The position numbers and the translations under genes are program-made. A DNA stretch of 64,000 nt from Octopus sinensis (taxonomy: Eukaryota): contig NC_043007.1 of NCBI RefSeq assembly GCF_006345805.1, positions 5,084,001 to 5,148,000 on the forward strand, written 5' to 3'. The notes beneath the pieces are model-generated. The model was not told where the DNA came from. It worked only from the letters and a program-made list of their open reading frames with translations, and did not search any database. Below are positions 63,837 through 64,000 of this stretch, piece after piece; the stretch's first letter is position 1, and each line of letters begins with the position of its first letter.

Positions 63837-64000
63837 GGTATTTCAATCGGTCTCTTTTGCCAAACCACTAAATTACAGGGATGTAAACAAACCAAGACTG
63901 GTTGTCAAATGGTGGAGGTGGATGAATAAACACAAATACATTCACACACATATACACAGGCACATATACAAACAATGCAACCAAATTCACTCAAAAAGCA

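Noticed and set aside
61502-64000. Search for further upstream GRAMD4 exons
   Set aside because: No segment with suitable splice sites and similarity to the KRGAKPV...W...S...F region was found; the 5' part presumably lies beyond the window.

Overview
AT-rich, repeat-dense metazoan genomic DNA. The SINE, LINE and microsatellite landscape looks like an octopus (coleoid cephalopod) genome; that assignment is recalled pattern recognition, not a database result. One protein-coding gene can be reconstructed. Eleven minus-strand exons (61501 down to 2524, 1002 nt, all GT-AG, phases consistent) encode the C-terminal 333 aa of a GRAMD4 ortholog (TM hairpin region plus GRAM domain). Its 5' exons lie beyond the window and one intron is 36 kb. 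The rest is mobile-element debris: three or four SINE families, RTE and R4/Dong-like (RLE) LINE fragments, Penelope-like elements, mariner (DD34D) and DD41D transposon relics, a non-autonomous Helitron, a piggyBac-like MITE, tandem duplications and microsatellites. Almost all long ORFs in the supplied track are low-complexity artefacts. The most interesting signal is a set of minimal type-I hammerhead ribozyme motifs from several sequence-distinct families. Chief among them is a 277-bp foldback element (4656-4932) whose two arms each encode a hammerhead fold with a G3-C8 swapped core (GUGANCA instead of CUGANGA). A second copy (21851-22104) has lost exactly that centre. Also notable are candidate unannotated GRAMD4 exons (46493-46807 cassette; 49695-49778 alternative terminal), an orphan plus-strand frame containing a perfect 18-bp hairpin (18067-18405), and many R4/Dong-like LINE pieces confined to (TAA)n arrays. 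Exon, TSD and ribozyme coordinates were counted by hand; repeat boundaries are approximate.
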